A stretch of DNA of 64,000 nucleotides from Eubacteriales bacterium (GTDB taxonomy: Bacteria; Bacillota; Clostridia; Oscillospirales; CAG-272). Each line of letters opens with the position of its first letter. Position 1 is the stretch's first letter. Made by a program: the position numbers and the translations under genes. Below the pieces are notes generated by a model. That model did not search any database and was not told the origin of the DNA. It was given only the letters and a program-made list of their open reading frames with translations. Shown piece by piece: positions 38,882 through 48,662 of this stretch. The stretch lies in the NCBI GenBank assembly GCA_045643945.1, contig JAZRGA010000052.1, forward strand, positions 15,311 through 79,310, in the 5' to 3' direction.

Positions 38882-40990
38882 ATGGTATTAATTATAGCCG
38901 AAAAGCCGAGTCTTGGTAGAAATATAGCCGCGGGACTCGGAGCTTTTAGTCGGCGTGACGGTTATCTTGAAAGCAAGGATTGTATAATAACCTGGGCATT
39001 TGGACATTTGTTTTCGCTTGCAGATATCGAAGCATACAATCCAAGACCCGAGGGAGAGAAGCATTGGACTATGAAAAATCTACCGTGCTTTCCATCGGAT
39101 TTTAAGTTTGAGCTTCGTCTTGGCGATGATAAAACCGTTGACGAGGGCGTTGTTAAGCAATTTAATATTATTAAAACGCTTTGTAATAGAGAGGACGTTG
39201 ACCTTATAGTAAATGCAGGGGACGCCGACCGTGAGGGTGAAATTATAGTACGAACCTGTGTAAATAAGGCTCTTGAGTCGCCAAAAACGCAAAAAAGGCT
39301 TTGGTTGCCCGACCAAACCCCCGAAACCGTTAAAGCGGCATTTGAGAGCATGAAGGATGAAGTGGAATATGATAATCTCGCAAACGAGGGATACGCTCGA
39401 ACATACATAGATTGGCTTTACGGTGTTAATCTTACTCGACTTGCAACGCTTCGAACGGGAACGCTTTTGCGTGTTGGACGAGTTATCGTGCCGATAGTAA
39501 AGGCTATTTACGATAGAGATATGGCGATAAAAAACTTCGTTCCCGAAAAATATTATTCTATATCCTCTAAGGAAGAAACGAACGGAGAAATCGTCGAGCT
39601 TCAAAGTAAATTAAAATTCAATAAAGATGAATATGATAAGGCGATAAAGGCTTGCGAGCTTTATAACGGTAGTGAAGCGACAGTAACCTCGGTTAAAAAG
39701 AAAAAGGATACCATTTCACCGAGTAAGCTGTATTCGTTATCTAAGCTTCAAAGCGTTCTCGGTAAAAAGTATAAAATATCAATGAACGATAGCCTTGCGA
39801 TAGTTCAAAAGCTTTATGAGGAGGGATATCTTACATATCCAAGAACGAATTCCGAGTATCCTGCAACCGCAGAAAAGGACAAGGTTAAGAAAATTCTCGA
39901 TAACTGCGCAAAGCTTGGTTATCCCGTTAAATTCAAGGATAAAAAGACGATATTTGACGATAGTAAGATAGAATCTCACTCGGCAATAACGCCAACGTAT
40001 AAGATACCTGATAAATCAAAGCTCACCGAGGATGAAATGAAGGTTTATTCCACGGTCTTTCGTCGATTTATCGCGGTTTTCTGCGCAGAGGACTGTCTTG
40101 CGGAGCGAGTTGAGATAACTGTCGACGTAGGCGGTCATGAAAGCTTCACCCTTAAAGGACTTTCGATAGTCGAAAAGGGATGGATGAAATATGACGATGC
40201 AACGCAAAAGGATAAAATTTTACCTAATCTAAAAAAAGGCGATAAGGTAAATATAAAATTTGCTCCTAATGAAAAGGAAACCTCTCCGCCAAAGCATTAT
40301 ACTATTGAAACTTTGAATAATTATTTAAAAAATCCGTTCAGAGAGGAGAAAAATGCTATCGAGGATACAGTCGGAGCGGATGACGCAGAGGAATACAGAG
40401 CGATGCTTGAGGGCGTTGAGCTTGGTACAGAGGCAACTCGCTCGGGTATAATAGAGAACGCCAGAAAGAGCGGATATATACAGCTTAAAAAGGACGTTTA
40501 TACCATTTTGCCCGACGGTATATATATGATAGAAAGTCTTACTCGAATGAATATTTGTATGGATAAATTTAAAACCTCGGAAATGGGCAAGGCGCTTAAA
40601 TCGGTATTCAGGGGAGAAATGAGTATAGAGCAGAGTGTAGATATGGCTACCGACGAGATATCGAAGTATTTTTCTCCGAGTGGTGAGGTTGCTATCGAGG
40701 ATGATATCGATATGGGCTTTTTCGGTGATTATATAGGAAAATGTCCTCTTTGTCAAAAGGAGGTAAAGCGCGGAAAATACGGATACGGCTGTATGGGCTA
40801 TAAGGAAGGATGTACGTTTAGAGTTAATTCCTTTATATGCGGCAGAGTAATTTCTAAGCGGAACGTAGCGCTTATGCTTGAAAGCGGCAGAACGTCATTA
40901 ATTCGAGGCTTCGTATCTCGAAAAACGGGTAAGGCGTTTGATGCTTATTTAAAGATTGAGGACGGAAAAGCCGTTTTTGAATTTAATTAA
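38882..40990 (+). CDS. topB: DNA topoisomerase III
   Basis: TOPRIM MVLIIAEKPS and DADREGE. Active-site region LTYPRTNSEY. C-terminal zinc fingers CPLCQKEV...GYGCMGYKEGC. Confidence 0.88.
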   Translation: MVLIIAEKPSLGRNIAAGLGAFSRRDGYLESKDCIITWAFGHLFSLADIEAYNPRPEGEKHWTMKNLPCFPSDFKFELRLGDDKTVDEGVVKQFNIIKTLCNREDVDLIVNAGDADREGEIIVRTCVNKALESPKTQKRLWLPDQTPETVKAAFESMKDEVEYDNLANEGYARTYIDWLYGVNLTRLATLRTGTLLRVGRVIVPIVKAIYDRDMAIKNFVPEKYYSISSKEETNGEIVELQSKLKFNKDEYDKAIKACELYNGSEATVTSVKKKKDTISPSKLYSLSKLQSVLGKKYKISMNDSLAIVQKLYEEGYLTYPRTNSEYPATAEKDKVKKILDNCAKLGYPVKFKDKKTIFDDSKIESHSAITPTYKIPDKSKLTEDEMKVYSTVFRRFIAVFCAEDCLAERVEITVDVGGHESFTLKGLSIVEKGWMKYDDATQKDKILPNLKKGDKVNIKFAPNEKETSPPKHYTIETLNNYLKNPFREEKNAIEDTVGADDAEEYRAMLEGVELGTEATRSGIIENARKSGYIQLKKDVYTILPDGIYMIESLTRMNICMDKFKTSEMGKALKSVFRGEMSIEQSVDMATDEISKYFSPSGEVAIEDDIDMGFFGDYIGKCPLCQKEVKRGKYGYGCMGYKEGCTFRVNSFICGRVISKRNVALMLESGRTSLIRGFVSRKTGKAFDAYLKIEDGKAVFEFN

Positions 40991-41027
40991 TTGTTTATAA
41001 ATAATAAATATATATAAGGAGAAGATT

Positions 41028-42728
41028 ATGCAAAAAAAATCAGTAAGAATTATAGTTTCGGCAATATTGACGTTGATTTTTGTAGCGTTGAGCTTTTACG
41101 TTACCTTGCCGGCAATCAATCCTCAAAGCGAAGGCTTTTGGATGTTTTTGCTTTACGGAATAGCTTTTTATATCGGAGCTTACGTTCTGTTCAGCTTTTT
41201 GGGTGAGCGCAAGACGAATAAAAGAGCGAAGTCTAATTTTAAGCTTAAGAAAACAGCGGGCGTGATAGTCGGTGTTTGCGTTTTGCTTGTGCCGATTTTG
41301 GTTTTGGCCGTAGGCTCGTTTGTTTCCTCTACCTTTTTTAATGCAAATGCCTACGCAAATCTTATAGAGGTTCCCGAGGCGGATTTTGCGGAAGATATGC
41401 CTGAGGCGGAGATTGTAAACAATATTGCGCTTATGGATACAGATACCGCTATAAAAATGGGTAACAGAACTCTCGGCGCACTTTCAAACGTTGTTTCGCA
41501 GTACGAGATAAGCTCAAATTATAAGCAGATAAATTATAATAAAGCGCCTCAAAAGGTTTCAACGCTCGAATATGCGGATTTCTTTAAATGGTACGCAAAC
41601 AAGGCGCAGGGAATACCCGGTTATGTAATGGTTGACCCCGTAAACGTAACCGATGCAAAGTATATAGAGCTTGAAAAGCCCATTAAATATTCCGATAGCG
41701 GTTATTTTGGCGACGATCTTATGCGTAAGCTTAGATTTTCATATCCTACCAAAATATTCGGTAATATTTCGTTTGAAATCGACGACGAGGGTAATCCTTA
41801 TTATATAGTTGCCTGCATAAAGCCTCGAATTGCAATGTTTGGCGCTTATGATGTAAATGAGGTGGTGATATTCGACCCCGTAAGCGGTGAGTCGACCATT
41901 TACGCACTCTCCGATGTTCCGTCTTGGGTGGATAACGTCTTTACGGGAACGCTTGCATCGCAAAAATACGATTGGTTCGGAACGCTTAAGAACGGTTATT
42001 GGAATAGCATTATAGGAAATAAGGACTGTAAGGTAACAACCGATGATTACGGATATATTGTTATCGGAGATGACGTTTGGTTTTTCACGGGCGTTACTTC
42101 GGTGGTAAGCGATGAAAGTAATATTGGATTTATCATAAGTAACGCAAGAACGGGTGAATATAAATTCTATCCCGTAACCGGTGCAGAGGAGTATTCTGCT
42201 ATGCATTCCGCAGAGGGTCAGGTTCAGGAAAAGGGTTACGTTGCTTCTTTCCCATCTCTTATAAACGTATCGGGTGAGGCTACCTATATTATGGTGCTTA
42301 AGGATAGCGCAGGGCTCGTTAAGCTTTATGCACTTGTAAACGTAGAAAACTATGCAATAGTTGCTACTGGAAGCACGCAGACTGAGGCTAAGGAGGAATA
42401 CCTTAAGCTCTTAAAGCAAAATGGCTTGATAGATAAAATTCCCGAAAAGGAGGAGGTAGAGGATTCCAATTCAGCTGATGCCACTGTTGAAATTGCAGAT
42501 ATAAGTGTTTACACTGTTGGAGGCGAATCTGTATTCTATATAACCGACGCGGACGGTCATATATATAAGCAAAGACTTTGCGACGATGAGAGCTTGATAA
42601 TTCTCAAAAACGGAGATATCGTTAATATTAAATATAAGCTCGACAATAACGCTTTGGTACGTGAAATGATATCCTTTAAGGTACTTCCCGCAGAGCCTTC
42701 GGCTGACGCAGAGAATAAGGCGGAATGA
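41028..42728 (+). CDS. Hypothetical membrane protein (3 N-terminal TM segments, large extracytoplasmic domain)
   Basis: 566-aa ORF with a GGAG RBS. TM segments IIVSAILTLIFVALSFYV, FWMFLLYGIAFYIGAYVLFSF, GVIVGVCVLLVPILVLAVGSFV. No family recognised. Confidence 0.55.
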   Translation: MQKKSVRIIVSAILTLIFVALSFYVTLPAINPQSEGFWMFLLYGIAFYIGAYVLFSFLGERKTNKRAKSNFKLKKTAGVIVGVCVLLVPILVLAVGSFVSSTFFNANAYANLIEVPEADFAEDMPEAEIVNNIALMDTDTAIKMGNRTLGALSNVVSQYEISSNYKQINYNKAPQKVSTLEYADFFKWYANKAQGIPGYVMVDPVNVTDAKYIELEKPIKYSDSGYFGDDLMRKLRFSYPTKIFGNISFEIDDEGNPYYIVACIKPRIAMFGAYDVNEVVIFDPVSGESTIYALSDVPSWVDNVFTGTLASQKYDWFGTLKNGYWNSIIGNKDCKVTTDDYGYIVIGDDVWFFTGVTSVVSDESNIGFIISNARTGEYKFYPVTGAEEYSAMHSAEGQVQEKGYVASFPSLINVSGEATYIMVLKDSAGLVKLYALVNVENYAIVATGSTQTEAKEEYLKLLKQNGLIDKIPEKEEVEDSNSADATVEIADISVYTVGGESVFYITDADGHIYKQRLCDDESLIILKNGDIVNIKYKLDNNALVREMISFKVLPAEPSADAENKAE

Positions 42729-42731
42729 TAT

Positions 42732-43484
42732 ATGCCAAGATTTTTTGTAAGACAGGAAAGAATAACCGACGGAAATATTTCAATAATCGGTGAGGATGCC
42801 CATCATATCGCCCGTTCGCTTCGTATGGCGGCGGGCGAGGAAATAACCGTTTGCGATATGCAGGGGAACGAGTATAAATGTAAAATAACCTCATTTGATG
42901 ATGACAGAGAGGTTATAGCCGAGATTTTGTCGCAGAAATCATCCGAGAATGAGCCGAAGGTCTTTATCACGTTATATCAGGCGTTACCTAAGGGCGATAA
43001 GCTTGATACGATAATTCAAAAGGCGGTCGAGTGCGGTGCTTCGAGAATAGTTCCTTTTCAAAGTGAAAGGTGTGTCGTTAAGATTAAAAACGATAACGAA
43101 GAAAAAAAGAAGGAGCGTAGGCAAAGAATATCTGCCGAGGCGGCTAAGCAGTGCGGAAGAAGCGTTATTCCCGAAATATCGGGCTCTGTAAGCTTTAATG
43201 ATGCTTTAAATGAAGCGCAAGATAACGATTTGATTTTGTTTTGCTATGAGGGGGACGGCACGGTTTCACTCGGTAAAATTTTAAACGATGCATTTTCCGA
43301 GGAAAGCTCCTCTCCTAAGAGCATAGCTATATTTGTCGGTAGCGAGGGAGGCTTTTCAATTAAGGAGGCAGAGCTTGCTAAGGAAAGCAGTGCTTTAATG
43401 GTAGGTCTTGGAAAGAGAATATTAAGAACCGAAACCGCATCGGGATTTGTTTTGGCTTGCTTGGTCTGCTTTTCCGAGCTTTAA
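42732..43484 (+). CDS. rsmE: 16S rRNA (uracil1498-N3)-methyltransferase
   Basis: MPRFFV...IIGEDAHHIARSLRM N-terminus and a C-terminal SPOUT knot (VGSEGGFS...LGKRILRTETA). Confidence 0.85.
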   Translation: MPRFFVRQERITDGNISIIGEDAHHIARSLRMAAGEEITVCDMQGNEYKCKITSFDDDREVIAEILSQKSSENEPKVFITLYQALPKGDKLDTIIQKAVECGASRIVPFQSERCVVKIKNDNEEKKKERRQRISAEAAKQCGRSVIPEISGSVSFNDALNEAQDNDLILFCYEGDGTVSLGKILNDAFSEESSSPKSIAIFVGSEGGFSIKEAELAKESSALMVGLGKRILRTETASGFVLACLVCFSEL

Positions 43485-43659
43485 ATTCCAATATCTGTTA
43501 TTTAACAAATTGTATTTATACTTTTGATATAATATTTACAAAAAAAATTAAAAAAATTATAAAAAATATTCAAATGCCTATTGAAAAATAACAAAAAATA
43601 GTTTATAATATAGGATAGAATGTACAATTATTCTACAAAAAACAATTTTGAGGTTAAAT

Positions 43660-44745
43660 ATGTCAAATCGGTTATTTCAAGGTGTAGTTTATCAAATGAA
43701 GGATGCGTTCGAGCGCGTTATCGGTGTTATTGATGAAACGGGCTCGGTAATTGCTTGCTCCGATCTAAATAAAATGGGCGATATACGTCAGGGCGTTTGC
43801 GAGGAGCTTCCTTTTTCATCGGATGTAATTTCTGTTGGCGGTTATACATATCGTTATATGGGTACAGGCGCAAAGAGTGAATATATAGTATTTGTCGAGG
43901 GTGAGGACAAGATGGCAGAGAAAATGTCAAAGCTTCTTGCTGTTTCTCTTGGAAATATTAAAAATCTTTATGATGAGAAGTATGATAAAAGCTCGTTTAT
44001 AAAGAATATTATTATTGACAATATTTTGCCTACCGATATTTATATAAAGTCAAAGGAGCTTCATTTTAATATTGAAGAGCCCAGAGTTGTATTTCTTATA
44101 AAATTCCTTAATAAAACGGATATGATGCCGTTTGAAATGCTCCAGAATATGTTCCCCGATAAATCCAAGGATTACGTTGTAAGTGTTTCCGAGAATGATA
44201 TCGTGCTTGTTAAGGAGCTTAAGGAGAATACCGAAATGCGCGATATCGAGCGTATGGCGGTGAATATAGCGGATACTCTCTCAACCGAATTTTATACTAA
44301 GGTGTTTATAGGTATTTCTACCGTTGTAGATAGCTTGAAGGACCTTGCTAAGGCTTATCAGGAGGCTCAGGTAGCCCTTGAGGTAGGTAAGGTGTTCGAA
44401 ACCGAAAAGAATATCATCAGCTATGAAAATCTCGGTATAGGTAGACTTATCTATCAGCTTCCTACAACGCTTTGCGAAATGTTTTTGCAGGAGGTATTTA
44501 AGAAGGGAAGCCTTGATTCGCTTGATAGAGAAACCTTAATGACAATTCAATGCTTCTTTGAAAATAACCTTAATGTTTCTGAGGCTTCAAGAAAGCTTTT
44601 CGTTCACAGAAATACATTGGTCTACCGTCTTGATAAGATCAGAAAGCTTACAGGACTTGATTTGCGCGAATTTGAGCACGCGATAACCTTTAAGGTTGCT
44701 CTTATGGTAAGAAAATATCTCGATTCAAAAGAAGTGAAATATTAA
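43660..44745 (+). CDS. PucR/CdaR-family transcriptional regulator
   Basis: C-terminal HTH NVSEASRKLFVHRNTLVYRLDKIRKLTGLDLREFEH. Start at MSNRLFQG (ATG 43660 after GAGG). Confidence 0.75.
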   Translation: MSNRLFQGVVYQMKDAFERVIGVIDETGSVIACSDLNKMGDIRQGVCEELPFSSDVISVGGYTYRYMGTGAKSEYIVFVEGEDKMAEKMSKLLAVSLGNIKNLYDEKYDKSSFIKNIIIDNILPTDIYIKSKELHFNIEEPRVVFLIKFLNKTDMMPFEMLQNMFPDKSKDYVVSVSENDIVLVKELKENTEMRDIERMAVNIADTLSTEFYTKVFIGISTVVDSLKDLAKAYQEAQVALEVGKVFETEKNIISYENLGIGRLIYQLPTTLCEMFLQEVFKKGSLDSLDRETLMTIQCFFENNLNVSEASRKLFVHRNTLVYRLDKIRKLTGLDLREFEHAITFKVALMVRKYLDSKEVKY

Positions 44746-44848
44746 TATTACATATAATTTAATTGCGGAATACTCTTAACGGGGTATTTCGCATTTGATA
44801 TTGAATATCGGTACTTATATAGCTTGTATAAAAAGGAGAAAATACCGA

Positions 44849-46405
44849 ATGTCAGAGGAAAACAAGAATATTATTGAAAATGACGGTGAAACCGTAAGCG
44901 AGAGCGCCGATAATACGGTGAACGAGTCGGAAACCGTTTATTTCTCAACCTCTCCCGATGAAGCCTCTCAAATTGATAATCTTGACAATCGTGAGCAGGC
45001 GCAAGAGGAGAATATAAAACCGAAGCGTCGAGTTTCGATAAAAACGCTTGTCGTGTCTTTAATTGCGGTTGCAGTTGCGACGTTAATGCTTACCTATTCT
45101 ATATGTAGCTCGATTTATCAGTCGCTTTATGCAAAGGCGTATGTTGATGCGCATCAAAATTCGATTATAAACGGTAACGTAGCTACTGCTCAGCCTAATG
45201 AGCTTGATATTATAGGTCAACTCATAAAGGATGCATATTATGGCGAGGCTGACTCCGAAAAAATGATGGCAGCGGCAATTGAAGCCTATGTCAGACAAAC
45301 GGGTGATATCTATGCGGCATATTATACACCCGCAGAGCTTGAGGAAATGCTTCGAGAGGATATTGGAAAGACGGTTGGCGTTGGTGTTACTATAATTGAT
45401 GATACAGTTAAATTTAAAGGCGTTGAAATAGAGGCTTTGAAGATAATTAATGTCGTAAAGGATTCCCCTGCTGAAAAGGCAGGTCTTAAGTTAGGCGATT
45501 ACGTTTACGCGGTTGTAATTGACGGAATACCTTTAACGGTTAGCGAGCTTGGATATGATGATGCTCTTAATAAGCTTCGCGGCGAGGAGGGTACTACTGT
45601 AAGCTTCATCTTGCTTCGTGATAACGGCAACGGATTAGAGGAAATGAATTTTAGTATAGTCCGTGAAAGCATAGTTTCTCAAAGCGTGTATTACAGAATT
45701 CCGGAGCTGCCGAGTAATGTCGACAAGAAGATTGGTGTTGTTAAAATAACCAATTTCGATTATACGACCCCTACTCAGTTTTGCGCGGCGATTGAAGCTT
45801 TGAAATCGCAGGGCTGTGAAAAATTCGTTTTTGACGTTCGATATAATCCGGGAGGCAATGTGTCCTCGGTGGGAGCGGTTTTGAGTTATTTCTTAAACGA
45901 GGGCGACGTATATATCCGAGTCAAGGATAAATCGGGTAATATTCAAAGCGACGTGGTTAGGGAAGTAACAAGCTTTGAGGGCGATTATGCGGGATGCAAC
46001 GTATCTAAGGCGGATATCGGAAAATACAAGGGACTTGACGTAGTTGTTCTTTGTAACGAATATACCGCAAGCGCAGGAGAGCTTTTTGTCGCTACCTTTA
46101 AGGATTATGGACTTGGCAAGATTGTGGGTAACACCACATATGGCAAGGGTAAGATTCAAACCGTTTACTATTTGGAGCAATACGCTCTTTATCAGTACGG
46201 CATATCCGGAGTTGGCGGCGCTATTAAGCTAACAACAGGTGAATATTATTCTGCTAAGAGCGATAGCTATGATGGAATAGGTATAGAGCCTAACGAAAAG
46301 GTGATGCTTTCGGATGAGGCAGAAAATCTTAATATATATGACTATCAGAAGCTCGACCCGATTGACGATCAGCTTTTGAAGGCAATAAATATTTTAAACG
46401 GTTAA
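44849..46405 (+). CDS. ctpA: S41-family C-terminal processing peptidase (membrane-anchored, PDZ domain)
   Basis: PDZ VKDSPAEKAGLKLGDYV. Catalytic region RYNPGGN and NEYTASAGELF...GKG. Start at MSEENKNI (AGGAG RBS). Confidence 0.8.
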   Translation: MSEENKNIIENDGETVSESADNTVNESETVYFSTSPDEASQIDNLDNREQAQEENIKPKRRVSIKTLVVSLIAVAVATLMLTYSICSSIYQSLYAKAYVDAHQNSIINGNVATAQPNELDIIGQLIKDAYYGEADSEKMMAAAIEAYVRQTGDIYAAYYTPAELEEMLREDIGKTVGVGVTIIDDTVKFKGVEIEALKIINVVKDSPAEKAGLKLGDYVYAVVIDGIPLTVSELGYDDALNKLRGEEGTTVSFILLRDNGNGLEEMNFSIVRESIVSQSVYYRIPELPSNVDKKIGVVKITNFDYTTPTQFCAAIEALKSQGCEKFVFDVRYNPGGNVSSVGAVLSYFLNEGDVYIRVKDKSGNIQSDVVREVTSFEGDYAGCNVSKADIGKYKGLDVVVLCNEYTASAGELFVATFKDYGLGKIVGNTTYGKGKIQTVYYLEQYALYQYGISGVGGAIKLTTGEYYSAKSDSYDGIGIEPNEKVMLSDEAENLNIYDYQKLDPIDDQLLKAINILNG

Positions 46406-46418
46406 GGAGAACAGAACA

Positions 46419-46886
46419 ATGGCAGTAGAACAAAAATATACAAAAGAAGGCTTTAAGAAGCTTCAGGACGAATACGATTATTTAACAAAAATAAGAATGG
46501 AGGAAATCAAAATAGCGATTGCTGAGGCACGCTCGTTTGGTGACCTTTCGGAGAATGCCGAGTATGACGAGGCAAAGAATGAGCAGACAAAGTGCTTTAC
46601 AAGAATTAAAGAGCTAGAGCAGCTTATTCAGCACGCAATAGTAGTAGAGGAGAGCGATAACGGTACTATCGGTCTTGGTATGAGCGTTAAGATTTTGCGC
46701 GACGGAGTTGAGAGCGAGTATAAGATAGTTGGTTCAAACGAGGCAGATCCGTTTGAAAATAAGATTTCCGACCGCTCGCCTATCGGTGCCGCTATAATCG
46801 GTAAAAAGGTTGGCGACGTTGTACATGCTACTACTAACAAGAACAAGGTTATCGAGATAAAAATACTTGACGTATTCAAGGCATAA
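46419..46886 (+). CDS. greA: Transcription elongation factor GreA
   Basis: GFKKLQDEYDYL...AIAEARSFGDLSENAEYDEAKNEQ and a C-terminal FKBP-like ISDRSPIGAAIIGKKVGD. Confidence 0.9.
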   Translation: MAVEQKYTKEGFKKLQDEYDYLTKIRMEEIKIAIAEARSFGDLSENAEYDEAKNEQTKCFTRIKELEQLIQHAIVVEESDNGTIGLGMSVKILRDGVESEYKIVGSNEADPFENKISDRSPIGAAIIGKKVGDVVHATTNKNKVIEIKILDVFKA

Positions 46887-46994
46887 GTTGAAGATATAAC
46901 GCAAGGGACTGTTACTGTAGTAGCAGCCCCTCGTTGTATATAAAAATGCTTTGTGATTTATATATGAATTTTTATTAATAATTGAGGAAATATA

Positions 46995-47744
46995 ATGAGG
47001 GAAGAAAAACGTCAAACAGAAGAAATATCAGTGCAAGGCAATAAATTTCTTGCGTGGCTTGATAATTTTTGGTATCATTATAAATGGCAGACTATAGCTG
47101 CGGCTTTTATTGTTTTAGTGCTTGGTACTTGCATAATTCAGTTTGCTACAACGCCTAAGAGTGATATTATATTCACTTATGCGGGGCCCAAGGAATTCGT
47201 AACCGCTCCCGAAGAAAAGGCGGCTATAAACAGTGCGCTCGGAAATGTGGCAAGTAAGGCTTACGGTGAGGAATCAAGAGCGACTATGAATAGCTTTTTG
47301 ATATATTCAAGAGAGCAAATAGAGAAAATCGAAAGCGAGCTTGATGAAAATGGAAAGCAAAAATATGTCGTTGATACTGCCTTCAATACGAGCGAATTGA
47401 ATAGCTTTGATGAGTTTTCAAGGTCCGGTGCAAGCTTTATTTTGCTGCTTGACCCGTTTGTTTATCAAAGATTATTAAATCAAAGCGGCGAGTCGGAGCG
47501 CCTTGTTGAGCTTTCTGCAATTTACGGTGAAACGCCGAATGGAGCTATTGATAAATATTCGGTAAGACTCGGTGACACTAAGGCTTATCAAGAGATACCC
47601 GAGCTTCGTGCTTTGCCTGCTGATACAAGAGTTTGCTTGCACGGTAAGCTTGTTTTCGGAACAAACCAAAAGGAATATGATATGCAGACATCCGTGTTTA
47701 AGGATTTTGCAGTTCTTGGAGAGATTGCAGGCGAAACAGATTAA
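46995..47744 (+). CDS. Hypothetical membrane-anchored protein
   Basis: 249-aa ORF with a single TM segment (WQTIAAAFIVLVLGTCIIQF). No family recognised. Confidence 0.5.
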   Translation: MREEKRQTEEISVQGNKFLAWLDNFWYHYKWQTIAAAFIVLVLGTCIIQFATTPKSDIIFTYAGPKEFVTAPEEKAAINSALGNVASKAYGEESRATMNSFLIYSREQIEKIESELDENGKQKYVVDTAFNTSELNSFDEFSRSGASFILLLDPFVYQRLLNQSGESERLVELSAIYGETPNGAIDKYSVRLGDTKAYQEIPELRALPADTRVCLHGKLVFGTNQKEYDMQTSVFKDFAVLGEIAGETD

Positions 47745-47794
47745 GTGAGCTTATTTTATAATCATAGATACATAAAAAATAAAGAGGTGTATTT

Positions 47795-47914
47795 ATGAAA
47801 AATAGAAAACCCAAATCAACGCAAATGTCATTTTATAGGGGATACGTCATTGGAGTTGCTTTTTGCGGCTTTGTGGCGTTCCTGCTTTTGACTGTTTTAT
47901 GGTGCTTGATGTAA
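47795..47914 (+). CDS. Unannotated 39-aa small membrane protein
   Basis: AAAGAGG RBS 7 nt upstream of the ATG. Hand translation gives MKNRKPKSTQMSFYRGYVIGVAFCGFVAFLLLTVLWCLM*, a basic N-terminus followed by one TM helix. It is below the ORF-track length cut-off. Confidence 0.4.
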   Translation: MKNRKPKSTQMSFYRGYVIGVAFCGFVAFLLLTVLWCLM

Positions 47915-47934
47915 TAAAGGATTGTTAGTAATTT

Positions 47935-48660
47935 ATGAGAATAGATAAATTTTTAAGCGTTACCGGTACGGCAAGTCGAACCGAGGCTAAAAAGGCGGTA
48001 AGAGCAAAGGCGGTTACCGTTAATGGGATAGCCGTAGGCTCTGCGGATACGCATATCGACCCGTTTAAGGATGAGATTACTTTTTACGGAGCGAAAATTA
48101 TATATAGAGAGCATACCTATATAATGATGAACAAGCCTGACGGAGTGGTTAGTGCAACCGAGGATGGCAGAGATAAAACCGTTATCGACCTTTTGCCGCC
48201 AATTTTGCAAAGCGATAAGCTTTTTCCATGCGGTCGCCTTGATAAAAACACCCTTGGTTTGATGCTTATAACCGACAACGGTGATCTTGCGCACGAGCTT
48301 CTTTCACCGAGGTCGCACGTATCAAAATCATATCGCTTTAAATCGGCAGAGCCTATATCCGAGGAGGATGCAAGACGCTTTGAAAAGGGCGTAACGCTTG
48401 CCGACGGATACGTTACTATGCCTGCAAAAATAGAGCTTACGGGCAACGGTGACGAGGGAATTATTACCTTAAAGGAAGGCAAATACCATCAAATTAAGCG
48501 AATGCTCGGTGCGCTTGATAACAGAATAATTTATTTGGAGCGCATTTCCTTTGGACCGCTTGAGCTTGATAAGAACTTGGCGAGAGGAGAGTGGCGTTTT
48601 CTTACCGAGAATGAAATTGAAGAATTGAAACAACATAAAAATAAATTCGGCGAGGTATAA
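47935..48660 (+). CDS. rsuA: RsuA/RluB-family rRNA pseudouridine synthase
   Basis: S4 domain MRIDKFLSVTGTASRTEAKKAV. Catalytic GRLDKNTLGLMLITDNG. Confidence 0.85.
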   Translation: MRIDKFLSVTGTASRTEAKKAVRAKAVTVNGIAVGSADTHIDPFKDEITFYGAKIIYREHTYIMMNKPDGVVSATEDGRDKTVIDLLPPILQSDKLFPCGRLDKNTLGLMLITDNGDLAHELLSPRSHVSKSYRFKSAEPISEEDARRFEKGVTLADGYVTMPAKIELTGNGDEGIITLKEGKYHQIKRMLGALDNRIIYLERISFGPLELDKNLARGEWRFLTENEIEELKQHKNKFGEV

Positions 48661-48662
48661 CA

